Assembly: GCA_012295275.1 (NCBI GenBank) | Contig: CM022671.1 | Location: 6,200,001-6,264,000 of the forward strand | Source: Chrysomallon squamiferum | Lineage: Eukaryota; Animalia; Mollusca | Length of the DNA: 64,000 nt | Reading direction: 5' to 3' | Shown here: positions 41,501 through 53,689 of the stretch, in pieces | Layout: each line of letters opens with the position of its first letter | Numbering within the stretch: the stretch's first letter is position 1 | The notes under the pieces: model-generated | What the model was told of the DNA's origin: nothing | Database searches by the model: none | The model's input: only the letters and a program-made list of their open reading frames with translations | Translations under genes and position numbers: made by a program

Positions 41501-44500
41501 ATTAAGTAATTTTATCATGTCATGTGGGCCTTGCCATTGGTTTTGAACAAGGTTTCAATCAACAACAGTACAACCCAGTCTGATATCAGACGTCATCAAG
41601 TGATGTACTGCATAATGTATTTGTACACCAAGTCTTCGGCACAGAGTATGAACAAGGTCTACTTCACCTTAATAAACTGTGATTTATACTTGAGAAGATT
41701 GACATAAATGCCCAAGACTTGTGGGCCTTTGGCAATAACACATGTACTCTGCTGCCATTTTATGGCCTGCTTAACTTTACTGAAAGGGTTTCAGGATTTG
41801 ATTTAATATTTAGGAAAGCACTGACTTTGTTCTATTGAATTGAAGGTGCAGGCCAATACTGAAAATCCTTATTTCTTCCAGGGCTAACTGCAGCTTTAAC
41901 TCTCCTGAAAATGTGTGTTATCAACACCATCATATCAAAAAGGAGTTGTTGCGAAGTGTATGGAAAACTGAGGAAATCGAACTCCTCACTCTTTGAAGTG
42001 GGATCAAAACACGGGACATCAAGAGTATCATGAACAAGAACTTTTCATGAAATTTTCAACATTGCCGAAAAACTGTTGTGATCCCCTTAATCGCCACCCT
42101 GAGCAAGCACGCATTAGATCTTTAAGAATTGTTAGCATGGGCACTTACAAATGCTTAGTAAATCCTCCAAAGACACTAGTGCCAGGAGACAAGTTGTGCT
42201 GTGACTGTCTGATTACCCTTCAGAAATCAAAGGTCCTGCAGAGGATGGCTTTAGTATGGGTGGTATTACAATGGGAGAATTTGGTGATAACTTGCCAGAC
42301 AAACCGCTGGTTGTTGTTTCCCCAGAAAAGGACTTTGATTTGAATTCTATTCTGTTGAGTTTAGGCAAAACTTCTGTCAAACTCCATTAAATGAATGAAA
42401 GGACAGAAAAAAACTAGCATCAGCTACAGTAACATTAAAATGACATCTTAATGTCTGAATCCTACCCAGAGCGTGTGCAAATCTTGATTTTGTCACCCTT
42501 TACCATTGAAAGGCCAATGAATTGAAGGAGGAAATAATCCAATTTTATGAAAGTGATGAGAACAGTAGAATGTGTCTGGGAATGAAGGATACAGTGAGCA
42601 TTTGAAACAAACATAGTGAGAAAGTTAAGCATCAGAAACACCTAGTTCTCTCAAATTTATGTGAACTTTATGCATACATGTAGGCCTACAATGTCTTACT
42701 CGATGATCAAGAAAGATGGTGATTCCTAGAATCCAGAATTGATCATTCAGGTTTTAGTCAATCAGATGTTAATGGCTGAAAAGGTGTTATTTTCATGTAT
42801 GTGCATTTTTTGAATCTATATTGTGGCTAAACAAAAAATATTACACCCAGGAAACTTTTATATGTTTTAGTTAACATGTGGGAGATTAAATTTCAATAAA
42901 GGTCATCTCAAGATAACGTGATCCACACGGTCAATTTCAAGGTCATAGCAAAGGTCAAAAGGTCAAGGTACTCCAGTATTTTCCAAACTAAACAAAAATG
43001 GCAGATTTGGTATCCTTGTCATTTTGCCTTTCTAACAATACCAATTTTATGAAGATTGGCCCAGTAGTTCCTGAGATATGAGGGTTCTAAGGTTGGTGGT
43101 CACACCCATTTTTGGCAAAAATCTCAAAATTCCGTGGGCCGTATCTCCCACACCACTGGTCTGATTGGGCTAACATTTCAGATTTGGTGCTGTGGGATCC
43201 CAGTCAACAATTATACAAAAATCTGAGACGGTCGGGTTTAAATTTCTTTTTTTTGGGGGGTGATTTGACATGGAATGACCCTATAGCATTATTTATTTAT
43301 TATTTTTTTTAATTATTTGATAGAGGGGTATTTTTTTTTTTTTATTAATAATAAAATGGTATATTTATATTTTTTTAAATTATTTTTTTTTTTTTTTTTT
43401 TAAATTTATTTCAGAGACAACACAAATCACATCAGCACACAGAAGTTCATCACAGGGCAGTCTGGGAGGCAGTACCCCGGAAATACCTCCTCGCCCATCA
43501 CCACGCCCATGGAGCACACCACACCAAACTCCAACTTCTAGTCGTGTTTCTAGTTCTGTTGATGTGGCCAACTCTGCTAGATACGAAACTGGTTTGATTA
43601 TTTTGTTATTTGTGTGTGTGTGTGAGAGAGAGAGATAGTGATTCATTGAGTAATACCTGTGTTATAAAATGTATATGTTTGTATTATATATATCATAAAA
43701 CATATATGTTATATTACAGAACCAGTAGAAGGAGGTGTAGATTCAGTGTTATGTATGTTATTTTACAGAACCTGTAGAAGGAGGTGTAGACTCAGTGTTA
43801 TTTATGTTATATTACAGAACCTGTGGAAAGAGGTGTAGACTCAGTGTTATGTATGTTACATTACAGAACCTGTAGAAGGAGGTGTAGACTCAGTGTTATG
43901 TATGTTATATTACAGAACCTGTGTAAAGAGGGATATACTCAGTGTTGTGTATGTTATATTACAGAACTTGTGGAAGGAGGTGTAGACTGTGTTATGTATG
44001 TTATATTACAGAACTTGTGGAAGGAGGTGTAGACTCAGTGTTATGTATGTTATATTACAGAACCTGTGTAAAGAGGGATATACTCAGTGTTATGTATGTT
44101 ATTTTACATAACCTGTGGAAGGTGGTGTAGACTCAGTGTTATGTATGTTATATTACAGAAGGAGGTGTAGACTCAGTGTTATTTATGTTATATTACAGAA
44201 CCTGTGGAAGGAGGGATAGACTCAGTGTTATTTATGTTATATTACAGAACCTGTGGAAGGAGGGATAGACTCAGTGTTATTTATGTTATATTACAGAACC
44301 TGTGGAAGGAGGGATAGACTCAGTGTTATTTATGTTATATTACAGAACCTGTAGAAGGAGGTGTAGACTCAGTGTTATGTATGTTATATTACAGAACCTG
44401 GGAGGAGGTGTAGACTCAGTGTTATGTATGTTATATTACAGAAGGAGGTGTAGACTCAGTGTTATGTATGTTATATTGCAGAACCTGTGGAAGGAGGGAT

Positions 44501-44895
44501 AGACTCAGTGTTGAGAGAGTACCCCTGGTTTCATGGGACGCTGTCACGGGTGGAGGCAGCTCAGCTCGTACTACAACAAGGACCAGTAGGACATGGAGTG
44601 TTTCTTGTGAGAAAGAGTGAGACTAGGACTGGAGAGTACGTCCTCACCTTCAACTTTCAGGGTCGAGCCAAGGTAACATTTAAACATGAGATTTTTCATT
44701 TCAAAAATTACTTTCCATTTGTATAGTGTTGTATATTTACTTTCTGTAAATGTGTGCTATCACCATTGATTTTTTTAAATTATTATAGGTGTAGTTTTAT
44801 AATAACTTTTCATGGCAGGAAAGAAATAACAAATACAAAATATGGTGTTGCATTTGTTTTAATTAGAAAGTGAAAAAAGCATTTAATAGTTTTAT

Positions 44896-44948
<53 letters not shown>

Positions 44949-45439
44949 ATATATACACACATGCACAGTTACCCAGGTTATGATGTATGAAATATTTACT
45001 ATATTGTTGTTGTTGTTGTTGTTGTTTTCAGCACTTACGGATGACTATTAACAACGACGGCCAGTGCCGAGTCCAGCACTTGTGGTTTCAGGCAATATTC
45101 GACATGTTGGAACACTTCCGCACTCACCCCATCCCCCTGGAATCGGGCGGGTCCTCCGACGTCACCCTCACGGACTACATTGTGTTTATGGAGCGACCGC
45201 GGACGCCGACGACGTTGCCCCGGGGGTCACCACGGTCTCACGGGAACCCGAGCCTGCGGAACTCGCTGTCCGTCCACCACGGTCAGTTCGAGGCGAGCAG
45301 GGACGCTGCGGTGGTGGTCAGCGGGTCCATACGGTCTCGGACGTCGTCCATCGAGAACGTGGTGAGGGAGCAGACGCACGGGTCTCAGGGGCAGCTGTCT
45401 CACGGGCGGGCAGTGGAAAACCACTATTCTTTTGTGTAG
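19260..45439 (+). CDS. SH2B: SH2B family adaptor (SH2B1/APS/Lnk homolog), 7 coding exons, 587 aa
   Basis: Exons 19260-19967, 30571-30672, 36080-36210, 38596-38642, 43415-43591, 44482-44672, 45032-45439; all GT-AG with consistent phases (0,0,2,1,1,0), total 1764 nt. Phe-zipper (WIQFCE..A.AAAQDF), PH domain ([22 protein letters not shown]), SH2 ([39 protein letters not shown]), C-terminal [10 protein letters not shown]. Confidence 0.93.
26185..26340. repeat. Short tandem repeat, about 3 x 50 bp
   Basis: atgtttttgttagtatggaattatatattttacataaaa-like unit occurs three times. Confidence 0.8.
30571..30672 (+). CDS. SH2B: SH2B exon 2 (PH)
   Basis: ttttcag|[34 protein letters not shown]|gtaaac. Confidence 0.92.
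33310..34670. repeat. AT-rich minisatellite, about 56-63 bp unit, roughly 20+ copies (SH2B intron 2)
   Basis: Unit aatacatcaacatctgtatttcttaattctttttaagtaatacttacatttacatttaattat. Confidence 0.92.
36080..36210 (+). CDS. SH2B: SH2B exon 3 (end of PH)
   Basis: ttgacag|[28 protein letters not shown]...|gtaagt. Confidence 0.9.
36213..37675. repeat. Minisatellite, about 31-36 bp unit, about 40 copies, starting inside the SH2B exon 3 donor site
   Basis: Unit aagtgtgtcagtaacagtaaataacttacaactaa; the first unit begins at intron position +3 (gt|aagtgtgtcag). Confidence 0.93.
37690..37860 (+). mobile_element. Degenerate SINE-like 3' fragment
   Basis: ggtcatggtaagtg..ttgctgctaactgaaaag..gatggcagctgatttcc..taaataaaatatttctttc; partly the reverse complement of the 4130-4395 motifs. 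Confidence 0.4.
38596..38642 (+). CDS. SH2B: SH2B exon 4 (47 nt linker)
   Basis: tttccag|[15 protein letters not shown]|gtacaa; bridges phase 2 to phase 1. Confidence 0.75.
40435..43281 (+). mobile_element. Internally deleted Sola2-like DNA transposon, 2847 bp, long inverted arms, TATA target-site duplication
   Basis: Termini GGGTCATTCC...GGAATGACCC, flanked by TATA (40431-34, 43282-85); inverted arms 40435-41058 and 42658-43281; transposase remnants [79 protein letters not shown] ends plus a 4-bp TSD fit Sola2; the family assignment is from recalled motifs. Confidence 0.85.
41993..42675 (+). pseudogene. Fragmented Sola2-type transposase (N-terminal and central motifs only)
   Basis: Motifs listed above are interrupted by stops, frameshifts and deletions; no catalytic region recognised. 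Confidence 0.75.
43415..43591 (+). CDS. SH2B: SH2B exon 5 (Pro/Ser-rich linker)
   Basis: atttcag|TTQITSAH...[12 protein letters not shown]...RYET|gtttga; phase 1 to phase 1. Confidence 0.8.
43705..44512 (+). repeat. Tandem array of the SH2B intron 5/exon 6 junction, 49-bp unit, 17 copies (the last is the inferred functional acceptor)
   Basis: Unit gtatgttatattacag|aacctgtggaaggaggtgtagactcagtgttat = 16 nt intron + about 31 nt matching the exon start. Confidence 0.95.
44482..44672 (+). CDS. SH2B: SH2B exon 6 (SH2 N-half)
   Basis: attgcag|[18 protein letters not shown]...FQGRAK|gtaaca. Confidence 0.9.
45032..45439 (+). CDS. SH2B: SH2B exon 7 (SH2 C-half and tail)
   Basis: ttttcag|[19 protein letters not shown]...HPIPLESGG...[10 protein letters not shown]. 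Confidence 0.93.
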   Translation, partial: HLRMTINNDGQCRVQHLWFQAIFDMLEHFRTHPIPLESGGSSDVTLTDYIVFMERPRTPTTLPRGSPRSHGNPSLRNSLSVHHGQFEASRDAAVVVSGSIRSRTSSIENVVREQTHGSQGQLSHGRAVENHYSFV

Positions 45440-48400
45440 TGTGTATAGCTGTGTGCTGCCATGTTATATACGTCTGGTATGTCACACGCTCTCGCAGCAC
45501 AGTCGCCGATATTCTGTGAGAAAGGTTGATTCTGAGAAAGAATTATTCGGTTAGTGTCTGTAACAGTTTTTACCTTTCGTCACTAACGAGAAAGATGAGA
45601 TTTTGTTTCATGAGAGAAGTTGATTCTGCAAAAAGGATATATTTAGTTGAAAAAAAAAATGCTCTTTGCACATAAAGAAAGATGAAATGAGATTTTGTGA
45701 GAAGAAATTCTTTCTGAGAACAATGGAGTTTGTATATTACTCTTTACAAATAGGACGAATTTAGTAGTAATTTATGAGAAAGATTACTGATGAACTTACA
45801 GTGATTATTAAATAAAATATCACATACAAATGAATTCTGTTTAAAGTATATTTATAAAAGTATTTTGTTTAAAATGTTACTGTATAAACATTTTAAAAAG
45901 GCTCTTCAAAATAACAGAAAATGTTTCTGTACACTTTGAAGGACATTTTTTTTTTAATACTTTCTACTGATAAGAATTAATAATAATTATAATTCATTAC
46001 TATATAGATATATATATTTTTTTTTTTATCAAACAATATTTGTGTATTATTTTAGTTACTTTTATTCTAAAAGGTAATTTATTTACAAGAGCAGACTTGC
46101 TTATGAATTCTGTTTTACTTTACAGTATTTAAGAAATATTATGGTCTGCAAAACTGTTGACAAGGGTTTAAATTTCTTTGCTGTTTGGTCTGTTCTGTAC
46201 AGTTTTCATTTTACAAAGTAATGGAGTCTTGGAGATACTAAAGGTGTTTGACAGGTGTGTTGCATAGTTACTAAAAACACATTTTAATTGTCATGTTAAA
46301 AAGATCAGTGATGTTTTGTTACAGACAAATCAACAGTTAGGCTTTATTGATACTGGTCAGGTGTTTTAAACTTCACTTCTTAATTTATTTCTCTTTTTTT
46401 ATATATATCTTAATTTTTACTTTTTTCTATTTTCTATTTTTATTTTTTGTTACTTTATTATTATTATTATTATTATTATTTTAAATCAGAGTTGTTAACA
46501 TTTTGTTATACCTAATTAAGGTAATTTTATTGTTAAGACATTTAATATATAATAATATACATATAATAATTATCTTTCTTTTTTTCATTCCTTTTTTTTT
46601 TTTTGAATAAACTTTGTAATTAAAATAACTACCTGTTTTATTTGTTAAATATGTATTTTCAAATTAATTTATCATTTTAAACAGAGCAGAGTTCCAAACC
46701 AACCAGTTTAAAAAATATAGGCTATTTTAAACGACAATTTTGTTAAAGCATAGTTTTAAGATAGACTTATTTATTTTGGTTTTTCTCAATCAGAACACAG
46801 ATTTATGTAAACATAACAAATTGTTTTCATTATTTCACAAATTTAACTGAACAACAGTTTCTCTGAGAAGATTTAAGACTCAGTGTCGGACATCTGATGA
46901 CCTCTGACATCAAACATTCCTAGGCTGTTGTCCACTCAATGAAAAGAGTTCCTTATATTCTGATACCACGTGTATTGAGTTATGCAGATTTATCTCCCCT
47001 TACAAAATTTTACTAACCATTTCGAACAGTTTAAAAAGTTTTCTTTTTAAAATCAGCTTTTCTAGAATTTTGTAATTTTAATACATATAAATTTTTCTTC
47101 TTTATTTTTATTTATTTATTTATTTATGATTTTTTGACCTACAATTTAAAATTTGATTAAAGTTCCTTTTTGATTTATTTTTGAAATAACTATTTTAAAT
47201 ATGTAACTAGTGGATTTTTGGAATTGTTTTTTTTTCATGCCTATGGTTAGATAAAAAAAATTGAAAATATATTCTTAATGATAATTATATAGAAATGTGT
47301 ATTTTTATTTTTTCATTTATATAAGTAATCTATCATAGACAGGTATGCAGAATTCTTAGAACAATACAAACAAATCACTGATGCATATCGAATTTCAACA
47401 TTCATGACCAAGTTTACCCAGACATGCTGGCTTGTGTCTAATTTTGATTCTTTTAAAAGTTTTCTTCTTTTTTTTTTACATTTTTTAAATTTTTTTTTTT
47501 AATTATTATTATTACTTTTTTTTTTTTAAGCTCAACAAAGCTGTATATATTTAGCTACTAAATTAATTTGTAACTGAATTTTCCTGTTTATTTTTGTAAA
47601 AAAAAAAAAAATTAAATTAAAGACTGTCTTATATATATATATATATATATATAACTACATTTAATAACATAGATTGCGCTTTGCCACATTCAGTTTGTAC
47701 ATACCTTCTTTTTTTTTTTACAGTATTTTAATGTTTATGCTGTACTAAGTTCAAACATCTCCTCCATTCTGTAAATACTTGATGACAATTGTAAATCAAA
47801 TTATTTTGTTGTCAATGCATGACATTATTAGCATGCCAGCAAATATTCATTGTATTTACCATCTGTAAACAAACATGACATCATAACTGCATGCCTAAAA
47901 AGATATTTTATAATTTACATTTTAGTATTTTGCATATTGGTCTGTTTTTAATATTCCAGTATTTTACTCATTTTATTCTTCTTGTACATGTATAGCCAAT
48001 GTTGTTTTTTTTGTTTGATTTTTTTGTTTTTTTTTTCATTTCTATTCTGACAAATCAATTGTTTGTGATAACACATGCAGTGCATGCATGAACTTTTGTC
48101 TAGTGAGATTTTTTAAATTATTATATATCATCTTTTCCTTTCAAGAATTTTGAAATATATTCATCATTAAATTATTAAAAAAAAAAAAAAGTATAAAGCT
48201 GTGTATTTATTTGCATATAAATATTTTTGTCTTTAAATATCTTATAATCTACATTTTGTTGCATTGACTAAAGTAAATGTGTTAAATATTTTTACTTGTG
48301 TGCGTGGTTGAGACCAAAGTTATGGGTTAATGAATGGAAAAAGTCTTATAATTATCATGAATAAATTATTATTTTTAAAAGATTACATTTTATTATTTTA

Positions 48401-48948
48401 TTTTTTTATGAGTAGTAGGAACAGTAGCAGTAATGGTGGTAGTAGTATTTGTAGTAGTAATAGTAATACTGGCAGTAACAGCAATCGTGATAAAAATATT
48501 TGTACCAGTTGTTTATTATTATTATTATTAGTATTATTATCAAAGATATAAATAAATAAAACAGTTATAAATAATCACAAACTCAGTAACTAACAGGGAC
48601 TAGATTGACGTGATCCACTGGAGAGAATTGATCTTACAACTGTTCACACACAAAACTCTGCCAGCACTGTATGTGTATGTTAATATTGTTTACCTCAGAT
48701 GAAATGTCATTCACTTAGTTTTCTCATCAGTTGATCGATCTTAATTAAAAACTGTTTTATTGCTTAAATAACAAACTGGCAGAATGAACTTGTTGGTTTT
48801 ATTTATTCTGAAACACTATCTTGAAGTCAGTTTTGTAAAATCTCTTAATTATTACTTCTACTACCACTATTACCTCTACTACTGCCAATACTATTACTAT
48901 TACTACTATTGCTAATGCTACTGTTACTATTAATACTACTACTGCTAT

Positions 48949-48979
<31 letters not shown>

Positions 48980-49250
48980 GCTAGTACTGCTAGTGCTATT
49001 ACTATTACTACTACTACTCCTGCCAATACTATTACTATTACTACTACTACTACTACTACTACAAATAGCTTTTATTTTTTAATCTTTTATGCCCAGTGTT
49101 AAAAAATAAGAAGTATGTGAGGTATTTGTTTTTTTCTTAGTTGAGTATGTCAGACATTATGATGAAGGAATTAATCATTCAAATAACTTCTAGTCTGATT
49201 TGATCACCGACATCTGACATATTTTCTTCCAATTACATTTTTATAGCCCA

Positions 49251-49308
<58 letters not shown>

Positions 49309-50819
49309 CATCATTACTATTATTATCATTGTTATTAGTGTAATTATTAATTATTATTATGGTTACTGTTATTATTTATTTTATTAAGTTCTATTTTGTT
49401 CTGTTTTATTTTATTTTATTTTATATTTTTTATATTATTTATTTTAGATTTTTCTCTAAGATTGTTTTAGATTTTTTAATTTAATTTATTTGATTTGATT
49501 TTTGATTTTTTGATTTTTTGTATCAGGCATTGGTGTAAACATCTGAACATATTATTGACATTTTCAGCCCAGATTTACTGATGTGTTGCATAAATTGTTT
49601 TTTATCTGTGAGGTTCTTACTGCAGGAGGAAGTAAGCAGGTTTATTGTTTGAAAATTTTGACACCAGTAAAGCAAAATAAAACAAAAATATTATCACCAA
49701 AAGCAAAATATTTGGTTTTGAAATAATGTTTTATTTTTGTACAAAAAGAATTTATACTTTTCTAATATTTTTAGACAGTAATTTTATTATACTTTTTATT
49801 TTTTTTTTTTTCTAATTATGTTTTATGTTGCCTGGTTTTGTTGTATTTAAACAATGAAATTGTCCATTTCTGATTATTATTTTCTTTCACTTGATATTCA
49901 TTCATTTCCACTAATTTACATTAATATAAATAACACTTTTTTTATTATTTGTGAACCGATAATCACAAATTTCTATATAAAATTAATAATTTTATATCTT
50001 GTTACATCTTTCTAACTGCATGCTTGTTTTATATTCATTAGCACAGCAGATACAAATGTACTTCAAAAAGAAAGAAAAATGTATATTCATGAAAATTAAT
50101 GTTTTTGAAAAATAGAATGTTTATAAAATACTTGTCTGTAAATAAATCATTTCTTAAGAATTAATCAGAATTTAACATAAAATTTAAATACACATTAATT
50201 TTAAAAAGTGACCTGTTTCAATGTAGGGTACAAAAAGTTAGAGCAGTGATTACAGTATGGTTTAGAAGAAAAGTGGATAATTTTCTCAGTTTAGATTATG
50301 TTTCTTCGTATTATAAGCCTACAAAAAATCAGTTTAATTAGTAATGTAGATATTTTTTCAGAAGTGTTGCTGAAAGCATATAAGCTGTTATTTTGAAATG
50401 CAGTATACAATGTTTTAGTTACCTCAGAGTAACAATACTTGCATCAGTTTAAAGGTTATATTCAGTATATACTCTTAATAACCTGATGGCAAAAAATGTC
50501 TGCCACCAAAACATATTTTAAACAAAAATTTCAAAAACAAAAAATTATTTTATGTTTTTGGGGTTTTTTTTTTTTTTGTTATACTCTTCATGGAAAAGTC
50601 ACCAAAAGGACAGTTTTTTTGTTTGTTTTGTACATGCAAGTACGAGACTGATTTGTCCAATTCAGTCAGGTCAGTGCAGAGATTTCTTTATGTCAGTAAT
50701 TTTGTGAAGATAATTTATTACATATTTATTATACAGCAGTGTATGTACTGTGTACAGGTTGACTTGTGTGTGCAGGTACAAAGTTTTTCATGAAACAGGC
50801 ATTATGTTTTCATTCCCTT

Positions 50820-50879
<60 letters not shown>

Positions 50880-53689
50880 TACTTGTAATGCAATTATTTA
50901 ATTTCCTGTTTATTTATTATTACAGCATTTTCTTTTGTTTGTTGGTTTTCTTTGTTTTATTATTATTATGTATATTTTTTATTATTATTATTGATTTGTT
51001 TTTTTTTTTGTTTTTTTTAGAGTTAATATTATCTTAGGTAGATATTATAGGTGCAGACAGATGTGGTTTCCTCCCCCACCCCCCTCTCTCTCTTGCTCTT
51101 TCTTTAAAATATGTATAAGATTGTATTAATTTAAAATAAAATAATAATAATTTTTGAAAATTATTTAGAATTGTAAAATTAACTCTGTTTGCATTGAGAA
51201 TAATTTTGTAAAGTGTTGACAAGAACAGTTAATGAAAATAAGTTAACATTCTGCCTTCAGTATCAAGCATTCTGATTGGCTGATTCAGATTTCCCCAACA
51301 AATAGTGTCATTTGTAATATCTTGAGGCTGATTTTTCACTTGTAGTAATTTTAACAAAGACCAGTGCTAAATGAAATTACTACATTAAAACAAAACAAAA
51401 AAGAAACATACTCCTTATTTTTTAGAAAAAATGATTATATAGATGGGCTGATGTTTTTGTTTTCTTCTTTTGCAGCTGTTTATATCAGCTAAGCCACAAA
51501 CATGTTAGTCCAGTCATTTTAAAAGGTTTTTGTAACAGTTTTATTTGTAAAGTTTTCTTTTTATATCATGCCAATAGATTTGGGTTTTTTTTTTCTTCTT
51601 TGTTTTTCTAGCTTTCTTTAAGCCAAGTTTTTGTTAGAATTATCTCATTGTGTGTACAAATGTCAGTATGTTTGTTGTAAATGATTTGTACAATTCAGTA
51701 TTGAACACATTATTATTATCAGCTGGTTTCTTGTCTGTTGTCTCTCTGTAGTCATTACCAGTTTTGCATCAAAAAATTACACACAACACACAGACACACC
51801 CAAATACATACACACATACATACACAGACGCCCTCATTCATATACTTTTTTAAATGCAAATGTTTTTGAAAATTATAACAAGACAACTAGTAACAACAGC
51901 ATCTTTCATAGAGATAAAACTATTAACATATTTCTAACCGATTTGTATAATCTATTTAAACAAAAAAAATAAAATAATTGATAATAAAAAGATTTCTGTG
52001 TAGAATTGAAAGTCTGCAGCAGTCTTCCTTATTTTACCAAACTGCAACAGTCTGCTGCTTGGTTGTCTATAGGCTAATACACCTAACTACTAATACATAA
52101 CAAAAATAACTACACATTCATGTGCAGAATGGAATGAACACAAGCGCATTAACACCCACATATTGTAACAAACACAAACACATTAACACCTACATACAAA
52201 AATGTTCAGATTTGTAATAAATTAAAAACGAGTAGAACTGATGTACAAGATACTCATTGTTTCTCAACCCGGTTTTCCAACTGCCAACACAACAACAACA
52301 ACAACAACAACAAAAAAGATGAAAATGCTCATTTATGCACAATTATGCCATGTTTCTATTTTTGTCATCATGTACAACACACTGCCAGTTGAGATTAAAA
52401 CTTGTGTTGTAGGTGTGTGAAGATTTTTACACTACTCAGGTTCAAAGTCACTCCATGACCATTTAGATTCTTAAATTCACAATATTTTGTATTTCAGTAC
52501 TAGAAGAATTCTACAAAAAAACAAAACAAAAAACGTCACCGTTAGTGAAAAAGACCTGTAAACAACCAGTTTTTCTGCATAAAATATTATTAATAGAACA
52601 GAATAAATGATTACAATATTTTTAAAATAAGTCTCAGATAAATATATGTCCATATGTTCTGCAGCTGTTTCCAAACTGTGTGCATGGACCTTTGTGGTTC
52701 TCATAACAATGCTAAGAATATTACAGTGTTTTCATTTTTCCAGTTTCACTCTGATTCTGTCCTGAGAGTCCAATGATATTTTCAAATGTTTATGAGTCTT
52801 CACTAACTTATACAAATGTAACAGGGAAGAATTTGATAACCATTATTCTGCAGAGTTTAATATAAAAAATATTTAATATGTAAAATTAAATTTATTTCAT
52901 AAATCAGTTATCTCTAAAGAAAACAAAAATAAGAAGAAAAAAGAATGTGGAAATTCTACTAATATTTGGGGTGACATGGACTTATAGTTATTACATATTT
53001 TTTTTGTTGTGCAGTTTTTATAGTGCAGCCATTTCATCAAGATCAGTACACACATTTTTTTTTTTTTTTTTAAGAAACAGAAACAGAACTGATTCAGTTT
53101 TTATTTTTGAACTGACACTTTCATTATAACATAAAATTGTATGTATATATATATATATATATACGTTATTTACAGCTCATTTCATTTTATTAGCAAAACT
53201 GATTTTGAGACTTGTAAAAGAATTGTCTAAATTTATAAAAACAAAAAAACAACAAAAAAAATGTAAACATAAAAAAAAACATTATGATGATAAAGACAGT
53301 AATGATAATGATGATAAAAAAAAAAAACGATGTTGATGATGATACAGAAAAGATAGATTTCATACCACGACATTTCAAAACACTGTAAAGCAGAGTAAAG
53401 ATTTTGACAGAAATAATGTTATTACTTTACTGTCAGTAACTCCACAGACTATAGTAACAAGCAGTGGAGGAATTTACACAAAAACAAAACGCGTGACACT
53501 GAAATAGTTTTGCTGCTGTTGTTCTAATATTCTTTGAATGAATTAAACACATTATTAATTTTGTCTTTGTTGTTTTGAATTAATAAAAACATTGTATTAA
53601 GAATATACAATTATTATTATTATTATTATTACATTAAAACGTGGGTCAAAGTTTTGAGTAGACGGGTGTGATTCGGGCTAAGATTAAGT

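Noticed and set aside
43823-44502. Repetitive ORFs ([12 protein letters not shown]...)
   Set aside because: These are translations of the 49-bp array in shifting frames, not independent genes.
43705-44512. Regular repeats resembling a CRISPR array (also 36213-37675 and 33310-34670)
   Set aside because: Units are head-to-tail with no unique spacers, there are no cas genes, and the context is a eukaryotic intron.
45064-45519. Several alternative-frame and antisense ORFs over SH2B exon 7
   Set aside because: High GC content reduces stop frequency; no recognisable protein.
53462-53476. cagtggaggaattta as the partner TIR of the hAT remnant
   Set aside because: The match to CAGTGCCGGATTAA is weak and there is no 8-bp TSD.
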